Shown here: in pieces, positions 20,801-30,136 of the stretch
Layout of the letters: every line of letters starts with the position of its first letter
Position numbering within the stretch: the first letter of the stretch is position 1
From: Candidatus Hydrogenedentota bacterium
GTDB taxonomy: Bacteria > Hydrogenedentota > Hydrogenedentia > Hydrogenedentales > SLHB01
Reading direction: 5' to 3'
DNA length: 64,000 nucleotides
Assembly: GCA_029974275.1 (NCBI GenBank)
Contig: JARKSN010000288.1
Location: 59,435 to 123,434 of the forward strand
The notes under the pieces: generated by a model
Database searches by the model: none
What the model was told of the DNA's origin: nothing
Seen by the model: only the letters and a program-made list of their open reading frames with translations
Program-made: the position numbers and the translations under genes

Positions 20801-21072
20801 CCCAGATTCGGCAACAACGCATCCGGACGCTCCTTCTCGATGATCCGGGCGATCGTTTCGACGTTGAGCGGCTCGATGTACGTGACATCGGCCATGCCCG
20901 GATCCGTCATGATCGTGGCCGGATTCGAATTCACCAGCACAATCTCATACCCCAATTTACGCAAGGCCTTGCACGCCTGCGTCCCCGAGTAATCAAACTC
21001 GCAGGCTTGCCCAATCACGATTGGCCCCGACCCGATGATCATGACTTTCCGGATATCGTTTCTGCGTGGCAT
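17869..21072 (-). CDS. carB: Carbamoyl-phosphate synthase large subunit
   Basis: GSGPIVIGQACEFDYSG motif, two ATP-grasp domains and an MGS domain. Confidence 0.98.
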   Translation of the reverse strand: MPRRNDIRKVMIIGSGPIVIGQACEFDYSGTQACKALRKLGYEIVLVNSNPATIMTDPGMADVTYIEPLNVETIARIIEKERPDALLPNLGGQSGLNLSSELAKTGVLDAFGVKVIGVQLDAIERGEDRAAFKETMNRLGIEMPKSELAYTVEEAERIAEGLGYPVVLRPAYTMGGTGGGMVYNVEELRTVAARGLAVSLVHQVLVEESVLGWEELELEVVRDAKNQMITVCFIENVDAMGVHTGDSYCTAPMLTIGPELQKRLQRYSYDIVEAIEVIGGTNIQFAHDPKTGRVVVIEINPRTSRSSALASKATGFPIAMVSAMLASGVTLDEIPYWRDGTLERYTPSGEYVVVKFARWAFEKFKGVEDRLGTQMRAVGEVMSIGKNYKEALQKAIRSLESGRHGLGFAKDFHEKSLDQLLKLLNTPTSERQFLMYEALRKGADVADLHRRTHIKEWFIQQMKELVELEEKILACKGGTVPDALLVQAKQDGFADKYLAKILGVPERDIRDRRTRLGVVEAWEAVPVSGVENAAYYFSTYNASDSVSVSPNRKIMVLGGGPDRIGQGIEFDYCCVHAAFAIRDEGLESVMVNCNPETVSTDYDTSNKLYFEPLTVEDVYSIYLKEKPDGVIVQFGGQTPLNIAGELAALGVPIVGTSPDTIDLAEDRDRFRKVMERLGIPMPKSGMASTLEQALAIADEIGYPLMVRPSYVLGGRGMEVVHDEQMLRRYVAAAVDVTPDRPILIDKFLENAIEVEADAIADGSDAFVPAIMEHIERAGIHSGDSACVIPPISIPAKHLDTIGEYTKKIAIELGVVGLMNMQYAIANDRVYVLEANPRASRTVPLVSKVCNIPMARIATQVMLGKKLADMNLKHSAIPHYGVKESVFPFNMFPEVDPVLGPEMRSTGEVLGMARSFGMAFYKSQEAAQQRLPLHGAVLMTVADADKAAAVEVAQRLAELGFAIHATKGTHAFLAENGVECARINKMQEGRPDIVDAITNGEITLVVNSPSGKQGDSDDSYIRKAAIKHRIPYVTTIAAALAAAKGIAAHRRDRCAVRALQEYHADIQS

Positions 21073-21490
21073 ACGGCTCCCTCTTCGTGTGTTCGCGCCG
21101 CCCAGAACGAAACGGCGCAGGATGGATGGACGCCCCAAGCAGGGCGCTGCACGGACGGTGCCCGGTGTCGTGTGCAGCGCCACCATTTAAGGCGAAACGA
21201 CCCGCCCGTTTCAAGAAGGAAGAGCATCGGCCTCGGCGCCCCCAGATAGGCAAGCCCGGGTTGTTTTTTGGGGGGGGGACCATCCTGGGTTCACGGCGCG
21301 AGACCAGGCGATTTCTTGACGCGCCCCGAACCGCCAAGGTAAGCTAGCGTGGCGGATCGCCATGCCTGCAGGGCGTTCTGGCCACAAGGCTGTGTTTGGG
21401 ATCGTTGTTGCGTGGAGCAACGCGAGGCGCGACCACGGAGACGCGCATAACCATCCTGTTCAGGGCGCAAGGATAGCGACGTTGCCATAC

Positions 21491-22909
21491 ATGAAACGAT
21501 ATGCCGGTTACCTTACGGCGGGACTGGCGGTGTGCGACACGATGTGCGCGGCGGCGGGTTTCATGCTCGCCGTGCACCTCAGCCACCCTTCGAATTCTTT
21601 TCCGGCGTTTTTAGAGCAGTGCTGGACGCGCATCGGGTATTTGCTGGTGTTTGTCGCGTTCTGGTACGGCGCGGCGGCGGATCAAGGCTTGTTCTTGTCG
21701 CATCGCGACGATCGGCTCCTGAAACAATTGCTCGCCGTGGTGAAGGCGGCGGCGGTATCGATCGTGTTCAGCTTGTTTGTGGTCGTTTTCTTTACGCGAA
21801 AAGGCCTCGATCGCGAGTTTCTTCTTTACTTCGGGACCAGCGTATTCGCGGCCATCTTGATCTTTCGGCTGGCGTTGCGCTTGTTTCTCTGGAACATCCG
21901 GCGCCGCGGATTCAACTTCCGGCAGGCGCTCGTGGTGGGGGCGAATCGGCGATCGCGGCGCCTGGTCGAGGTCTTCACGGTGTTTGGCCGGTACGGGTAT
22001 CAGATCATCGGCATTGTGGACGATGACCCTGCGCGCATGGAGGTGTTCGGCGAAAAGCCGGTGAAGTATCTGGGCACGTGTGCGTCGCTCGAAACGTTTT
22101 TGGCGAACCATGTGGTGGACGAACTGTATATCACGCTGCCGGTCCGATCGTTTTATGAGGAGATTCGCAATATCGCCCACTTATGCGAAAGCGTCGGCAT
22201 ACCGGTCCGAATGGTCGCGGATTTGTTCCCGTTGCAGATCGCAACGAGCCGCGTGACGCGCATCGAGGACATTCCGTTGCTTTCGTTGGCGACGGGGCCC
22301 GAAGTGCACGGGCAGCTTTTGCTGAAACGCGTATTCGATTTTGCGGCATCGAGCGTTTTGCTCGCGTTGTTTGCCCCGCTGTTCTTTGTGGTGGGCATTC
22401 TGATCAAGGCGGAGTCGCCGGGACCGGTCTTTTTCAAGCAGGAGCGCGTGGGACTGAACCAGCGACGCTTCAAGATATTCAAGTTCCGTTCGATGCGGGC
22501 GGACGCCGAAAAGCTGCGCAAGGAGCTGGAAGAACAAAACGAGGCCGACGGCCCTGTCTTCAAAATCCGCAACGATCCGCGCGTCACGCGCATCGGACGC
22601 TTCATCCGCAAATACAGCATTGACGAACTGCCGCAGTTGATCAATGTGTGGCTGGGGCACATGAGCCTCGTTGGGCCGCGTCCGCCGATCCCTGCGGAGG
22701 TCGAGCAATACACGTGGGACCAGCGCCGGCGGTTGAGCGTGAAACCCGGCATGACCGGACTCTGGCAAGTCAGCGGGCGCAGCGACGTCAATTTTCAGGA
22801 TTGGGTGGATATGGATCTCGCCTACATCGATTCCTGGACCTTTCTGCAAGACATCCGCATTCTCATCAAAACCGTGCAGGTCGTGTTGCAGGGCAAAGGC
22901 GCCGCGTGA
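21491..22909 (+). CDS. Polyprenyl-phosphate sugar phosphotransferase (WcaJ/WbaP family)
   Basis: N-terminal TM helices; KFRSM, DPRVT, DELPQL, MSLVGPRP and KPGMTGLWQV motifs. Confidence 0.93.
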   Translation: MKRYAGYLTAGLAVCDTMCAAAGFMLAVHLSHPSNSFPAFLEQCWTRIGYLLVFVAFWYGAAADQGLFLSHRDDRLLKQLLAVVKAAAVSIVFSLFVVVFFTRKGLDREFLLYFGTSVFAAILIFRLALRLFLWNIRRRGFNFRQALVVGANRRSRRLVEVFTVFGRYGYQIIGIVDDDPARMEVFGEKPVKYLGTCASLETFLANHVVDELYITLPVRSFYEEIRNIAHLCESVGIPVRMVADLFPLQIATSRVTRIEDIPLLSLATGPEVHGQLLLKRVFDFAASSVLLALFAPLFFVVGILIKAESPGPVFFKQERVGLNQRRFKIFKFRSMRADAEKLRKELEEQNEADGPVFKIRNDPRVTRIGRFIRKYSIDELPQLINVWLGHMSLVGPRPPIPAEVEQYTWDQRRRLSVKPGMTGLWQVSGRSDVNFQDWVDMDLAYIDSWTFLQDIRILIKTVQVVLQGKGAA

Positions 22910-22963
22910 GAACCTGACGGATAGTCTTTTCACCGGACGGCGCATTCCAGTGGGAAACCCGCC

Positions 22964-23896
22964 ATGAACGACGCCTCCTTACAACGCCTGTGGGATCATC
23001 TCGAGACGGAGCGCGGCGTTTCCCCGCATACGCTTCGCGCGTACGCCGGCGATATTGCGCAATTTTGCGATTTCGTGATGAACGGCGCTGCGGCGTTTCG
23101 CCGGGAGCCGGAAGAGGAACGCCCCGCGCCCACAACCGAAGCCCTGCGCCGGGCGGACCGGCAAGCGCTTCGATCGTTTCTAGCCCACGTCCAGACGTCG
23201 GGAGCCGTCGCCCGAACCGCTGCACGCAAATTGGCCGCGTTGCGCACGGCATATGCCTTTTATGTTCGACTGGGGGAACTTTCCACGAATCCCGCCGCCG
23301 AAGTGAAGGCGCCGCGTTTGGGACGCGACCTGCCGCACGTTCTCAGCATTTCGGAAGTCACGGCCTTGGTCGAGGCTCCGGACGCATCCAATCCGGCGGG
23401 CGCGCGCGATCGAGCCCTTCTCGAGACGCTATACTCGAGCGGCATCCGCGCGGCGGAACTGGCCGGACTTTGTTTGCGCGACGTGGACTTAATCGGAGGA
23501 ACGATCCTGGTTCTGGGCAAGCGCAAAAAACAGCGCCTCGCGCACCTGGGATCGTATGCCGTGGACGCCATGCGGCGGTATTGGGCCGTGCGCGGACAAT
23601 TGGGCAATCCGGGCCATGAGCGCGTGTTCGTGAACCAACGCGGCGGCCCGCTCACCACGCGCAGCGTGCAGCGGATCGTCGAAAAATACGTGCGCGCGAC
23701 GTTGCCGGGCCGTGCGGAGGTCTCGCCACATACGTTGCGCCACACGTTCGCGACGCACATGCTCGACGCCGGCGCGGATTTGCGCGTGGTGCAGGAAATG
23801 CTAGGACATGAAAGCCTTTCCAGCACGCAACGGTACACGCACGTCAGCATCGAACGCCTGCGGGCGGCGTATCGCGCGCATCATCCCCACGCCTAG
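22964..23896 (+). CDS. xerC: Tyrosine recombinase XerC-like
   Basis: SPHTLRAY, LYSSGIR, GKRKKQR, HTLRHTFATH and LGHESLSSTQRY motifs. Confidence 0.85.
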   Translation: MNDASLQRLWDHLETERGVSPHTLRAYAGDIAQFCDFVMNGAAAFRREPEEERPAPTTEALRRADRQALRSFLAHVQTSGAVARTAARKLAALRTAYAFYVRLGELSTNPAAEVKAPRLGRDLPHVLSISEVTALVEAPDASNPAGARDRALLETLYSSGIRAAELAGLCLRDVDLIGGTILVLGKRKKQRLAHLGSYAVDAMRRYWAVRGQLGNPGHERVFVNQRGGPLTTRSVQRIVEKYVRATLPGRAEVSPHTLRHTFATHMLDAGADLRVVQEMLGHESLSSTQRYTHVSIERLRAAYRAHHPHA

Positions 23897-23930
23897 CAAA
23901 GCCATGGGATCGGGGCGCGATCGGGCCGGG

Positions 23931-24584
23931 TCACCGTTCGCCATCTTGCCGCACAACGCGGACAACTTCCTTGGGGCGGCGATACGTGGCAAACTGCGCC
24001 AGCGCCCCGGCGAAGGCCAGCACCGCCCACGAGGCCACGAGGGTCCAGTCTTGGCTGTCGGCGCGAGGGTGCAGGGCCGCTTCGGCCACGTCGGCGCCGA
24101 GAAAGAAAAAGCCGATGCCGCCAATGACCATGCAGGCGCCGATAGCGGCGGTGGCAAGCGTTACGATAGGCCGCTCGATCACAATGGCGACCAGCCCGCC
24201 CGCGATCCCCGATCCCACAATCGCCCACGGAACCCAGGACTCGGGATGATCCGTCAACGCGATATGCGCCACCAACGCCGCGCCAAGCAATCCCACGCAA
24301 AACACGCCTGTCTTATAGAGAAAAAGCATGGCAAACGCGCCCGCAACGCCGCCAATGGCGGCGGCGATGCCCGCGCCCGCGAGATTGCCGTGGCTCAGCC
24401 ATGCCCCAAGCGCGCCCGCGACAGGGGCCGCCAAACAAAAACCCGTGAACACGATGATGAATCGCAGGGCGCGATAGCCAAGAAAACAATACAGCGTGCC
24501 GATGGCGATGAGAATGGCCACGCCCGCATTGGCGGTGGACGCGTTCCAAACGTCGAGCGAAGCTGGCTGGGGCAAAGCGCTCAT
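23931..24584 (-). CDS. Multi-pass membrane protein (DUF4203/TMEM198-like)
   Basis: YCFLGYR motif and about 7 Gly/Ala-rich TM segments. Confidence 0.7.
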   Translation of the reverse strand: MSALPQPASLDVWNASTANAGVAILIAIGTLYCFLGYRALRFIIVFTGFCLAAPVAGALGAWLSHGNLAGAGIAAAIGGVAGAFAMLFLYKTGVFCVGLLGAALVAHIALTDHPESWVPWAIVGSGIAGGLVAIVIERPIVTLATAAIGACMVIGGIGFFFLGADVAEAALHPRADSQDWTLVASWAVLAFAGALAQFATYRRPKEVVRVVRQDGER

Positions 24585-24585
24585 G

Positions 24586-25746
24586 TCACGGGGGGGTTAT
24601 CACGCCCAGCACGACGCGATGCCGCGCGCCCGTCGCCTGAGGCACATTGGCGGGCGTTCCGCAAAGGGTCTCGTTGCCGAGAATGGCGATATCCGCCGCG
24701 ACGCGGGCCGCGTGCGGAATGCCGTAATCGTCGCTGGTGCGCACGACGACATCGCCGAATCCGCGTTTGAGGTGACGCATCAACGTTTTGTTCATGGCCC
24801 CGCCCCCGCCGACAATGATGCGGGCGATGTCGTATTGCGGCTTCAAAAAACGGCTGTAGGCGCGGATGATGTTGATGGCAATGGATTCCGTGACCGTCGC
24901 CACGATATCTTCGTTGGGATATTCGCGCCGACCCGCAATCGCGTCGCGCAGATAAATCTCCGGCGCGAATTCTTCGCGGCTTGTGCTTTTGGGGGGAACG
25001 CGCCCGAAAAAGGGATGATCGAGCAGGTAGTCGATGAACTCCCCGATGATCTCGCCTTTTGCCGCGAGCGATCCGTCCGCGTCCATCTCTTGCTCGCCAG
25101 CCGTGAGCAACCGCATGGCCCCGTCGATGGCGATGTTGCAGGGGCCAACGTCAAACGCGAGGATTTCCTTGAATTCCGGCGTCACCACGGTGTAACTCGC
25201 GATGCCGCCCAAGGTCAAACATGCCACCGTGCGGTCTTCGCGCGAAAAGAGAAGCCAATCGGCGTAAGTGCCCAGCGGCCATCCTTGACCGCCCGCCGCC
25301 ATGTCGCGCATCCGAAACTGAGAAACGACCGGCACATGCGCCCGCTCGGCAATCACCGCGGGTTGACCGATCTGCAAGGCGCCGCAAGGATTCGCGTCGC
25401 GCGGCGGGATATGCGCCACCGCATGGCCATGCGAAGCGACGAAATCGACCCCCCCAATGCCTTCGTCCTTGGCGGCCTGCATCATGTCGAGCGCGGCCTC
25501 GGCCAGACGTTCGCCCAATTCAAAATCCAGCAAGGCCAATTCATGGGCGTCGAGACGCGGGGCCTGCAATCGCAGGCGAAATGCGGGCGTATAAGGAAAC
25601 GTTTTGTGCCGGATGAGTTTGAACAAGAGCCCGGAGCTTGTCCCCTTGATGCGGGCGAGCACGGCATCAATGCCCTCGCAGGAAGCCCCCGACATCAAGC
25701 CGATTCCAAAGCGCACCGGCTTGTGACGCAGTTCTGTCCAGTCCAT
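24586..25746 (-). CDS. anmK: Anhydro-N-acetylmuramic acid kinase
   Basis: IGLMSG, SHGH, DMAAGGQG, LGGIA, FDVGPCN, PKSTSRE and GGGAMN motifs (somewhat divergent). Confidence 0.9.
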   Translation of the reverse strand: MDWTELRHKPVRFGIGLMSGASCEGIDAVLARIKGTSSGLLFKLIRHKTFPYTPAFRLRLQAPRLDAHELALLDFELGERLAEAALDMMQAAKDEGIGGVDFVASHGHAVAHIPPRDANPCGALQIGQPAVIAERAHVPVVSQFRMRDMAAGGQGWPLGTYADWLLFSREDRTVACLTLGGIASYTVVTPEFKEILAFDVGPCNIAIDGAMRLLTAGEQEMDADGSLAAKGEIIGEFIDYLLDHPFFGRVPPKSTSREEFAPEIYLRDAIAGRREYPNEDIVATVTESIAINIIRAYSRFLKPQYDIARIIVGGGGAMNKTLMRHLKRGFGDVVVRTSDDYGIPHAARVAADIAILGNETLCGTPANVPQATGARHRVVLGVITPP

Positions 25747-25747
25747 G

Positions 25748-27373
25748 TCAGCGGATCCTTTCCACCGTCGAACCCGAAAAATAATGGGCCACAATCTCCC
25801 GATACAACGCGCCTTCCAGGGCGCGGGCGCGCGCGCCGCACTGGCTCAGGCCCACGCCGTGGCCGCGACCGCCCCCCGTAAACACGAAGGCGATCGCCCC
25901 CCCCGGGCCCTGAACCGGCTCCGCCATAAACATTGCACTCGGAAGTCCTCCAAATGCAAGCCGTATGGCCGGGTCGCGGTCGATAACGGCCGACCCTCGC
26001 GTTCCCACCACCGTCACGGAACGCAATCGCCCGCCAGGTCCGCGATCGCCCAATACGATTTGCTTGATTCGACCCACGGGATATTTTTTGTTCACGGATT
26101 CGGAAAGTTCGAGAACCCCAATGCGGCGCGTCCAGCGAAAATCGGGCGCGTCCGTCGCCAAGGCCGGGGTCGTCGACCGCAGCCAGCGTTCGATGCCCAT
26201 CTCCGTCGGGGTCTGCGCAGGAGCCTTTCCAGGCGAGAAATCGGGCCTCGCCCGCAGCGCCGGATCGGGCGGCGCGGACCAGACAACCTCGTTGTTCTCG
26301 GTCCACCCGCCAGAATTGGCATGGAACACCGCCGGGACGAGACGTCCGCTCTGGACAATGACCTCGTTTGCCGTGGCGAAAACCGCCGCATCCGTCGCCG
26401 CGTGGCGCGCCGCAATCCCCTTATACGCGCGGCAGTGTTCGTCGGCACAGTAGTCGAATCCTTCAAGACAGTGTTTCATGCCGATGTTCGCAAGGATTTC
26501 GCTGCGCGCCGCCACCGTCTGCGCCTTGAGCGCTTCGGCGGGCCATCCCGCGGGCATCTCCGACGGCACCACGCCGCGCAGGTATTCATCGACCTGCGGC
26601 GTCTCGATAACATCCATTTGCCCGGAACCGTTCACGGCAAGTTCGAGGTTTCCGCCGCACGTGCGCATCATGCCGGACACGCCCGTCACCCGCACCGGGC
26701 CCGCGCTTTCGATCGTGAGCGGCGCGAAGACCATCGGCGGCGCGCCGGCGCCTTGGAGGAGCAGCTTGCCCGTTCCCGGCGCGATGGTTTGCAGGCGAAT
26801 CCAACCCCAGACGCCTTGCGGTTCGAGACGTTTCTTGAGCGATTCCGCCTCGGTCTCCGTGTCAAGCCGCGCCAAGGATATCCAGATGATCCGAGCGTCG
26901 TAGGGCTTTCCGCCGGCGCCTTCGAAACAAAGGCCCAGCGTTTCGGGCTCCGGATCGTAGCCAGCGGCGCGCCATTGCTCGACATAGGCATCCTGCGCCT
27001 CGCGATCGGAAGGCTTGAACGATTTGGTGAAAAGACGATAGGCGCGCTTGGCGGGGATCGCCTGCGTGAGACACACCGCGTATTCGCCCGCCGGCGCGGC
27101 ATGACGCCCGCGAGCATCGACGAAGGTCAAGGGCTGCGCTGCGGCAACGCGCACTTCCTGCATCCCGGTCATCACCCGCACCCGCACCCGCAGCGCCTCC
27201 AGCGATGTCGCCGTTTCCGGTTTGGCGGACGGGGCGACCGCGGGCGCTTCGGCGGCGGGAGAAGGTTTCGACGTGCGTACGGCGACGGGGCGGCGTGCGG
27301 GAAAGAGACACCCCGAAAAACCCATGAACAACAACACGGCTACTGCCGCGACGCGCGTCGCGCTGCGTCCCAT
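25748..27373 (-). CDS. SpoIID/LytB-domain lipoprotein (lytic transglycosylase-like)
   Basis: Lipobox FSGC; EYLRGVVPSEM, EALKAQTVAAR and GHGVGLSQ motifs. Confidence 0.88.
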   Translation of the reverse strand: MGRSATRVAAVAVLLFMGFSGCLFPARRPVAVRTSKPSPAAEAPAVAPSAKPETATSLEALRVRVRVMTGMQEVRVAAAQPLTFVDARGRHAAPAGEYAVCLTQAIPAKRAYRLFTKSFKPSDREAQDAYVEQWRAAGYDPEPETLGLCFEGAGGKPYDARIIWISLARLDTETEAESLKKRLEPQGVWGWIRLQTIAPGTGKLLLQGAGAPPMVFAPLTIESAGPVRVTGVSGMMRTCGGNLELAVNGSGQMDVIETPQVDEYLRGVVPSEMPAGWPAEALKAQTVAARSEILANIGMKHCLEGFDYCADEHCRAYKGIAARHAATDAAVFATANEVIVQSGRLVPAVFHANSGGWTENNEVVWSAPPDPALRARPDFSPGKAPAQTPTEMGIERWLRSTTPALATDAPDFRWTRRIGVLELSESVNKKYPVGRIKQIVLGDRGPGGRLRSVTVVGTRGSAVIDRDPAIRLAFGGLPSAMFMAEPVQGPGGAIAFVFTGGGRGHGVGLSQCGARARALEGALYREIVAHYFSGSTVERIR

Positions 27374-27560
27374 TATTGTTCTCCGCACCGGCTCGCCTCT
27401 CTTCCTGACAACGCAAAATCCATCCCGCTGTTATTGTACCTCGGAATAGGCAACGCGTTCCTTCGTCCCCGCTTGGGCGCCGAACCTCATGTCAAAACCG
27501 TCATCACGAAAAGCCCATGCCCCATGCGGCTACTCAGGCCGCACGCGCCACGGATTGCGT

Positions 27561-28616
27561 TCACGGAGCCGCCAATCTCTCGAACGCGGGCGATGCCTTT
27601 GCGACAAATCCGCCCGGAGCCGCATCGTCGTGGATGAGAAACAGCGCGGCGATGTCATTTTGGACAGCGAAGTCGTACGCGCGCTCCGGGCCCATCACCA
27701 TGAAGGCGGTCGCGTAGCCATCGGTGAAGGCGCATTCCTGGGCGACGACGCTTGCCGAAGCGAGGCGGTGCGAGATGGGCCGGCCTGTCTTGGGATCGAT
27801 TTCGTGGGAGAGGCGGACGCCGTTTTCCTCGTAATAATTCCGGTAATCGCCCGACGTGGAAATGGATAGGCCGCTGAGGGAAAGAACCGTCTGGATCGCG
27901 CGCCCTTCCGCGATGGGCTTTTCAATGGCGATCTTCCAGGGCGCGTCGTCCGCGTTGAATCCGCGCGTGCGCACTTCGCCGCCCACATCGACCATGTAGC
28001 GGGCAAAGCCCTGCGCCTCGAGAAGCAGGGACACTTTGTCCACGCTATACCCTATGGCGATGGCCGATAGATCGCACTGAATGTCGGGCCGCGCTTTGCG
28101 GACAGTCTTCGCGGCAGGATCGAGGGTCAGCATGGCATAACCGACGCGTTCGCGCAGCGGATCGAGGTCGGCGTCGGTCAGGACGCGGGTCGGCCGTTTT
28201 TGCGGCCCAAAGCCCCACGCGTTGACCAGCGGCCCCACCGTGATATCGAGCGCGCCATCGGTCGCCTTGCTGATGCGCTGCGCGAACTGAATCAGGAAAA
28301 AGACGTCGTCCGAGAAAACGAAGGGCTCCGTGCTTTGCAGCCGGTTGAACGCCGACAATTCCGAATCCTGCCGGTAGGTGGACATTTTTGCGTCGATGTC
28401 CCGCAAAACCGCGTCCGCGGCGGCAAAGGCGTCGCGGACAACGCGTTTTTCCGCAGGGGGCGCGACGATCTTGATCGTGTATTTCGTGCCCATGGTCTGG
28501 CCGGAAACCGCATACAGATCGGGACGAAACCAACAGCCCTTCGCCGCCGCAACGGCCGCCGCCATTACGATCGCCGCCATGGCCAAACCGGCCGCGCGCT
28601 TATGGAGCATGTTCAT
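27561..28616 (-). CDS. apbE: FAD:protein FMN transferase
   Basis: TMGT, DITVGPLVNAWGF, GGEV, STSGDY and SHEIDP motifs. Confidence 0.93.
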   Translation of the reverse strand: MNMLHKRAAGLAMAAIVMAAAVAAAKGCWFRPDLYAVSGQTMGTKYTIKIVAPPAEKRVVRDAFAAADAVLRDIDAKMSTYRQDSELSAFNRLQSTEPFVFSDDVFFLIQFAQRISKATDGALDITVGPLVNAWGFGPQKRPTRVLTDADLDPLRERVGYAMLTLDPAAKTVRKARPDIQCDLSAIAIGYSVDKVSLLLEAQGFARYMVDVGGEVRTRGFNADDAPWKIAIEKPIAEGRAIQTVLSLSGLSISTSGDYRNYYEENGVRLSHEIDPKTGRPISHRLASASVVAQECAFTDGYATAFMVMGPERAYDFAVQNDIAALFLIHDDAAPGGFVAKASPAFERLAAP

Positions 28617-28645
28617 GAGGATCCCTCTCGCCCTTCGATCGCCCC

Positions 28646-30136
28646 CTACGCGAGCGCGATAGTCAGCGTCGTCAAGGAACACGGAGGAAGGACGCACGTG
28701 AATCCGCCGCCGCTCGCTTCGACCTTCACGCGTTTAGGCGTCACGGTTTTAGGCGCGGCAATGGTGTTTGCATCGCGCGGAGAAGCGGAAGTCAGAACGC
28801 GACCGCTAACGGCGGCAATGCCCGCCCCGCGCAGATCGATCGGGGTTTCGATGGGTTGATCGACGCTGGGGTTGACCACGGAGAGAAAAACCTTTTTCCC
28901 GGCAATGCTGGCGCTGGCGTTCAGCAGCGGCACGGCCTGCTTGGCATGCAATCCGACGGGATGCGCCTCGAACGTCGGCGTCTCCACCTCGCTTGTCAAC
29001 AGACGCGCTCCCATATGCGGGCGCATCATGTCGTAGACGTGGTAGGTGGGGGTCAAGGCCATGCGATCCTCTTCGGTGATGGCCAAACACTGCAAGACGT
29101 TGATGGTCTGCGCGATGTTGGCCATGACAATGCGGCGGGCATGACGATGGAACAGGTTCAAGCACGACGCCGCGAACAAAGCGTCCCGCAGGGTGTTGGG
29201 CTGTTCCAGGCCGTTGTCGACGGTCGCCTCCGGATGCCACACGCCCCATTCGTCAATGATAAGCCCCACGCGCTTGTGCGGATAAAAATACCCCAACACG
29301 TGATCGGCGCGCTCTATCTCGCGCTCGAACGTCACCAGATCGCCAAACAAGGCGTAATGCTCGGCATCGTGAAACTCGGCGCCCTTGCCGCGCGCAAAAT
29401 ACGCGTGCATCGCCAAATGATCAATCAGGTGGGCGTGCGGCATGGCCGCGCAAAAATCATGGTTCCATCGCATCAAAATCGGGTTGGCAAGATCCATCCC
29501 CGCCCCGGAAGCCACCAACTCGATGACGGGATCGACGGCGCGCAAATAAACGCTGAAACGAGCGAATTCCTGCGCGTACTGTTCCGGCGAAAACCCGCCG
29601 CCGCAACCCCAGTTTTCGTTGCCCACGCCCCAATGCCGCACCCCGTAAGGCGCAGGATGGCCGTTGGCGGCCCGCAACGCCGTCAGCGTCGTGTCGCCCC
29701 CGAAATTGCAATACTCGAGCCATGCGCGCGCCTCCTGGGGCGTGCCCGAACCGACATTCGCGCAAAGATACGGATCGCATCCAACGGCCCGGCAGAACCG
29801 CAGGAATTCATCGGTGCCGAATTCGTTGGGCTCGGTCTGCTGCCACCAAATGTTCATGGTCTTGGGACGCGTGTCGCGAGGACCGACGCCGTCGCGCCAA
29901 TGGTAATCGTCGGCAAAACAGCCCCCCGGCCATCGCACGACCGGGGCCCGAAGCTGCTTCAAGGCCGCCAACACGTCGAGTCGAAGCCCGTTCTCGTTGG
30001 GAATGCGCGAGGCGGGACCAACCCATATGCCTTCGTAGATGCAGCGGCCTAGGTGCTCCGCGAAATGGCCGTACAGATTTGCGGCGATGGTCGCCTGGGG
30101 CAAATCGACCCAAACGCGGATGGAAGCGCGGCTCAT
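28646..30136 (-). CDS. Alpha-L-arabinofuranosidase (GH51)
   Basis: YGHFAEHLG, RWPGGCFADDYHW, GNENWGCGG, DEWG and MANIAQ motifs. Confidence 0.93.
   Translation of the reverse strand: MSRASIRVWVDLPQATIAANLYGHFAEHLGRCIYEGIWVGPASRIPNENGLRLDVLAALKQLRAPVVRWPGGCFADDYHWRDGVGPRDTRPKTMNIWWQQTEPNEFGTDEFLRFCRAVGCDPYLCANVGSGTPQEARAWLEYCNFGGDTTLTALRAANGHPAPYGVRHWGVGNENWGCGGGFSPEQYAQEFARFSVYLRAVDPVIELVASGAGMDLANPILMRWNHDFCAAMPHAHLIDHLAMHAYFARGKGAEFHDAEHYALFGDLVTFEREIERADHVLGYFYPHKRVGLIIDEWGVWHPEATVDNGLEQPNTLRDALFAASCLNLFHRHARRIVMANIAQTINVLQCLAITEEDRMALTPTYHVYDMMRPHMGARLLTSEVETPTFEAHPVGLHAKQAVPLLNASASIAGKKVFLSVVNPSVDQPIETPIDLRGAGIAAVSGRVLTSASPRDANTIAAPKTVTPKRVKVEASGGGFTCVLPPCSLTTLTIALA

Noticed and set aside
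14556..21072. ilvN-ilvC without ilvB, and carB without carA
   Set aside because: Split operons are common, and the partner genes are probably elsewhere in the genome.
17578..21249. 1223-aa plus-strand ORF and many other long antisense ORFs (for example 1096-2214, 9150-10574, 56001-57674, 59443-61101)
   Set aside because: Shadow ORFs opposite recognisable genes, which are expected in GC-rich DNA; they show no motifs.
21256..21292. Poly-T/poly-G tract upstream of carB as a phase-variation or pyrimidine-attenuation site
   Set aside because: A short intergenic homopolymer with no PyrR-type motif; the evidence is insufficient.
22964..23896. Integrase marking a prophage or genomic island
   Set aside because: XerC-like size and motifs, housekeeping neighbours, and no att repeats or phage genes.
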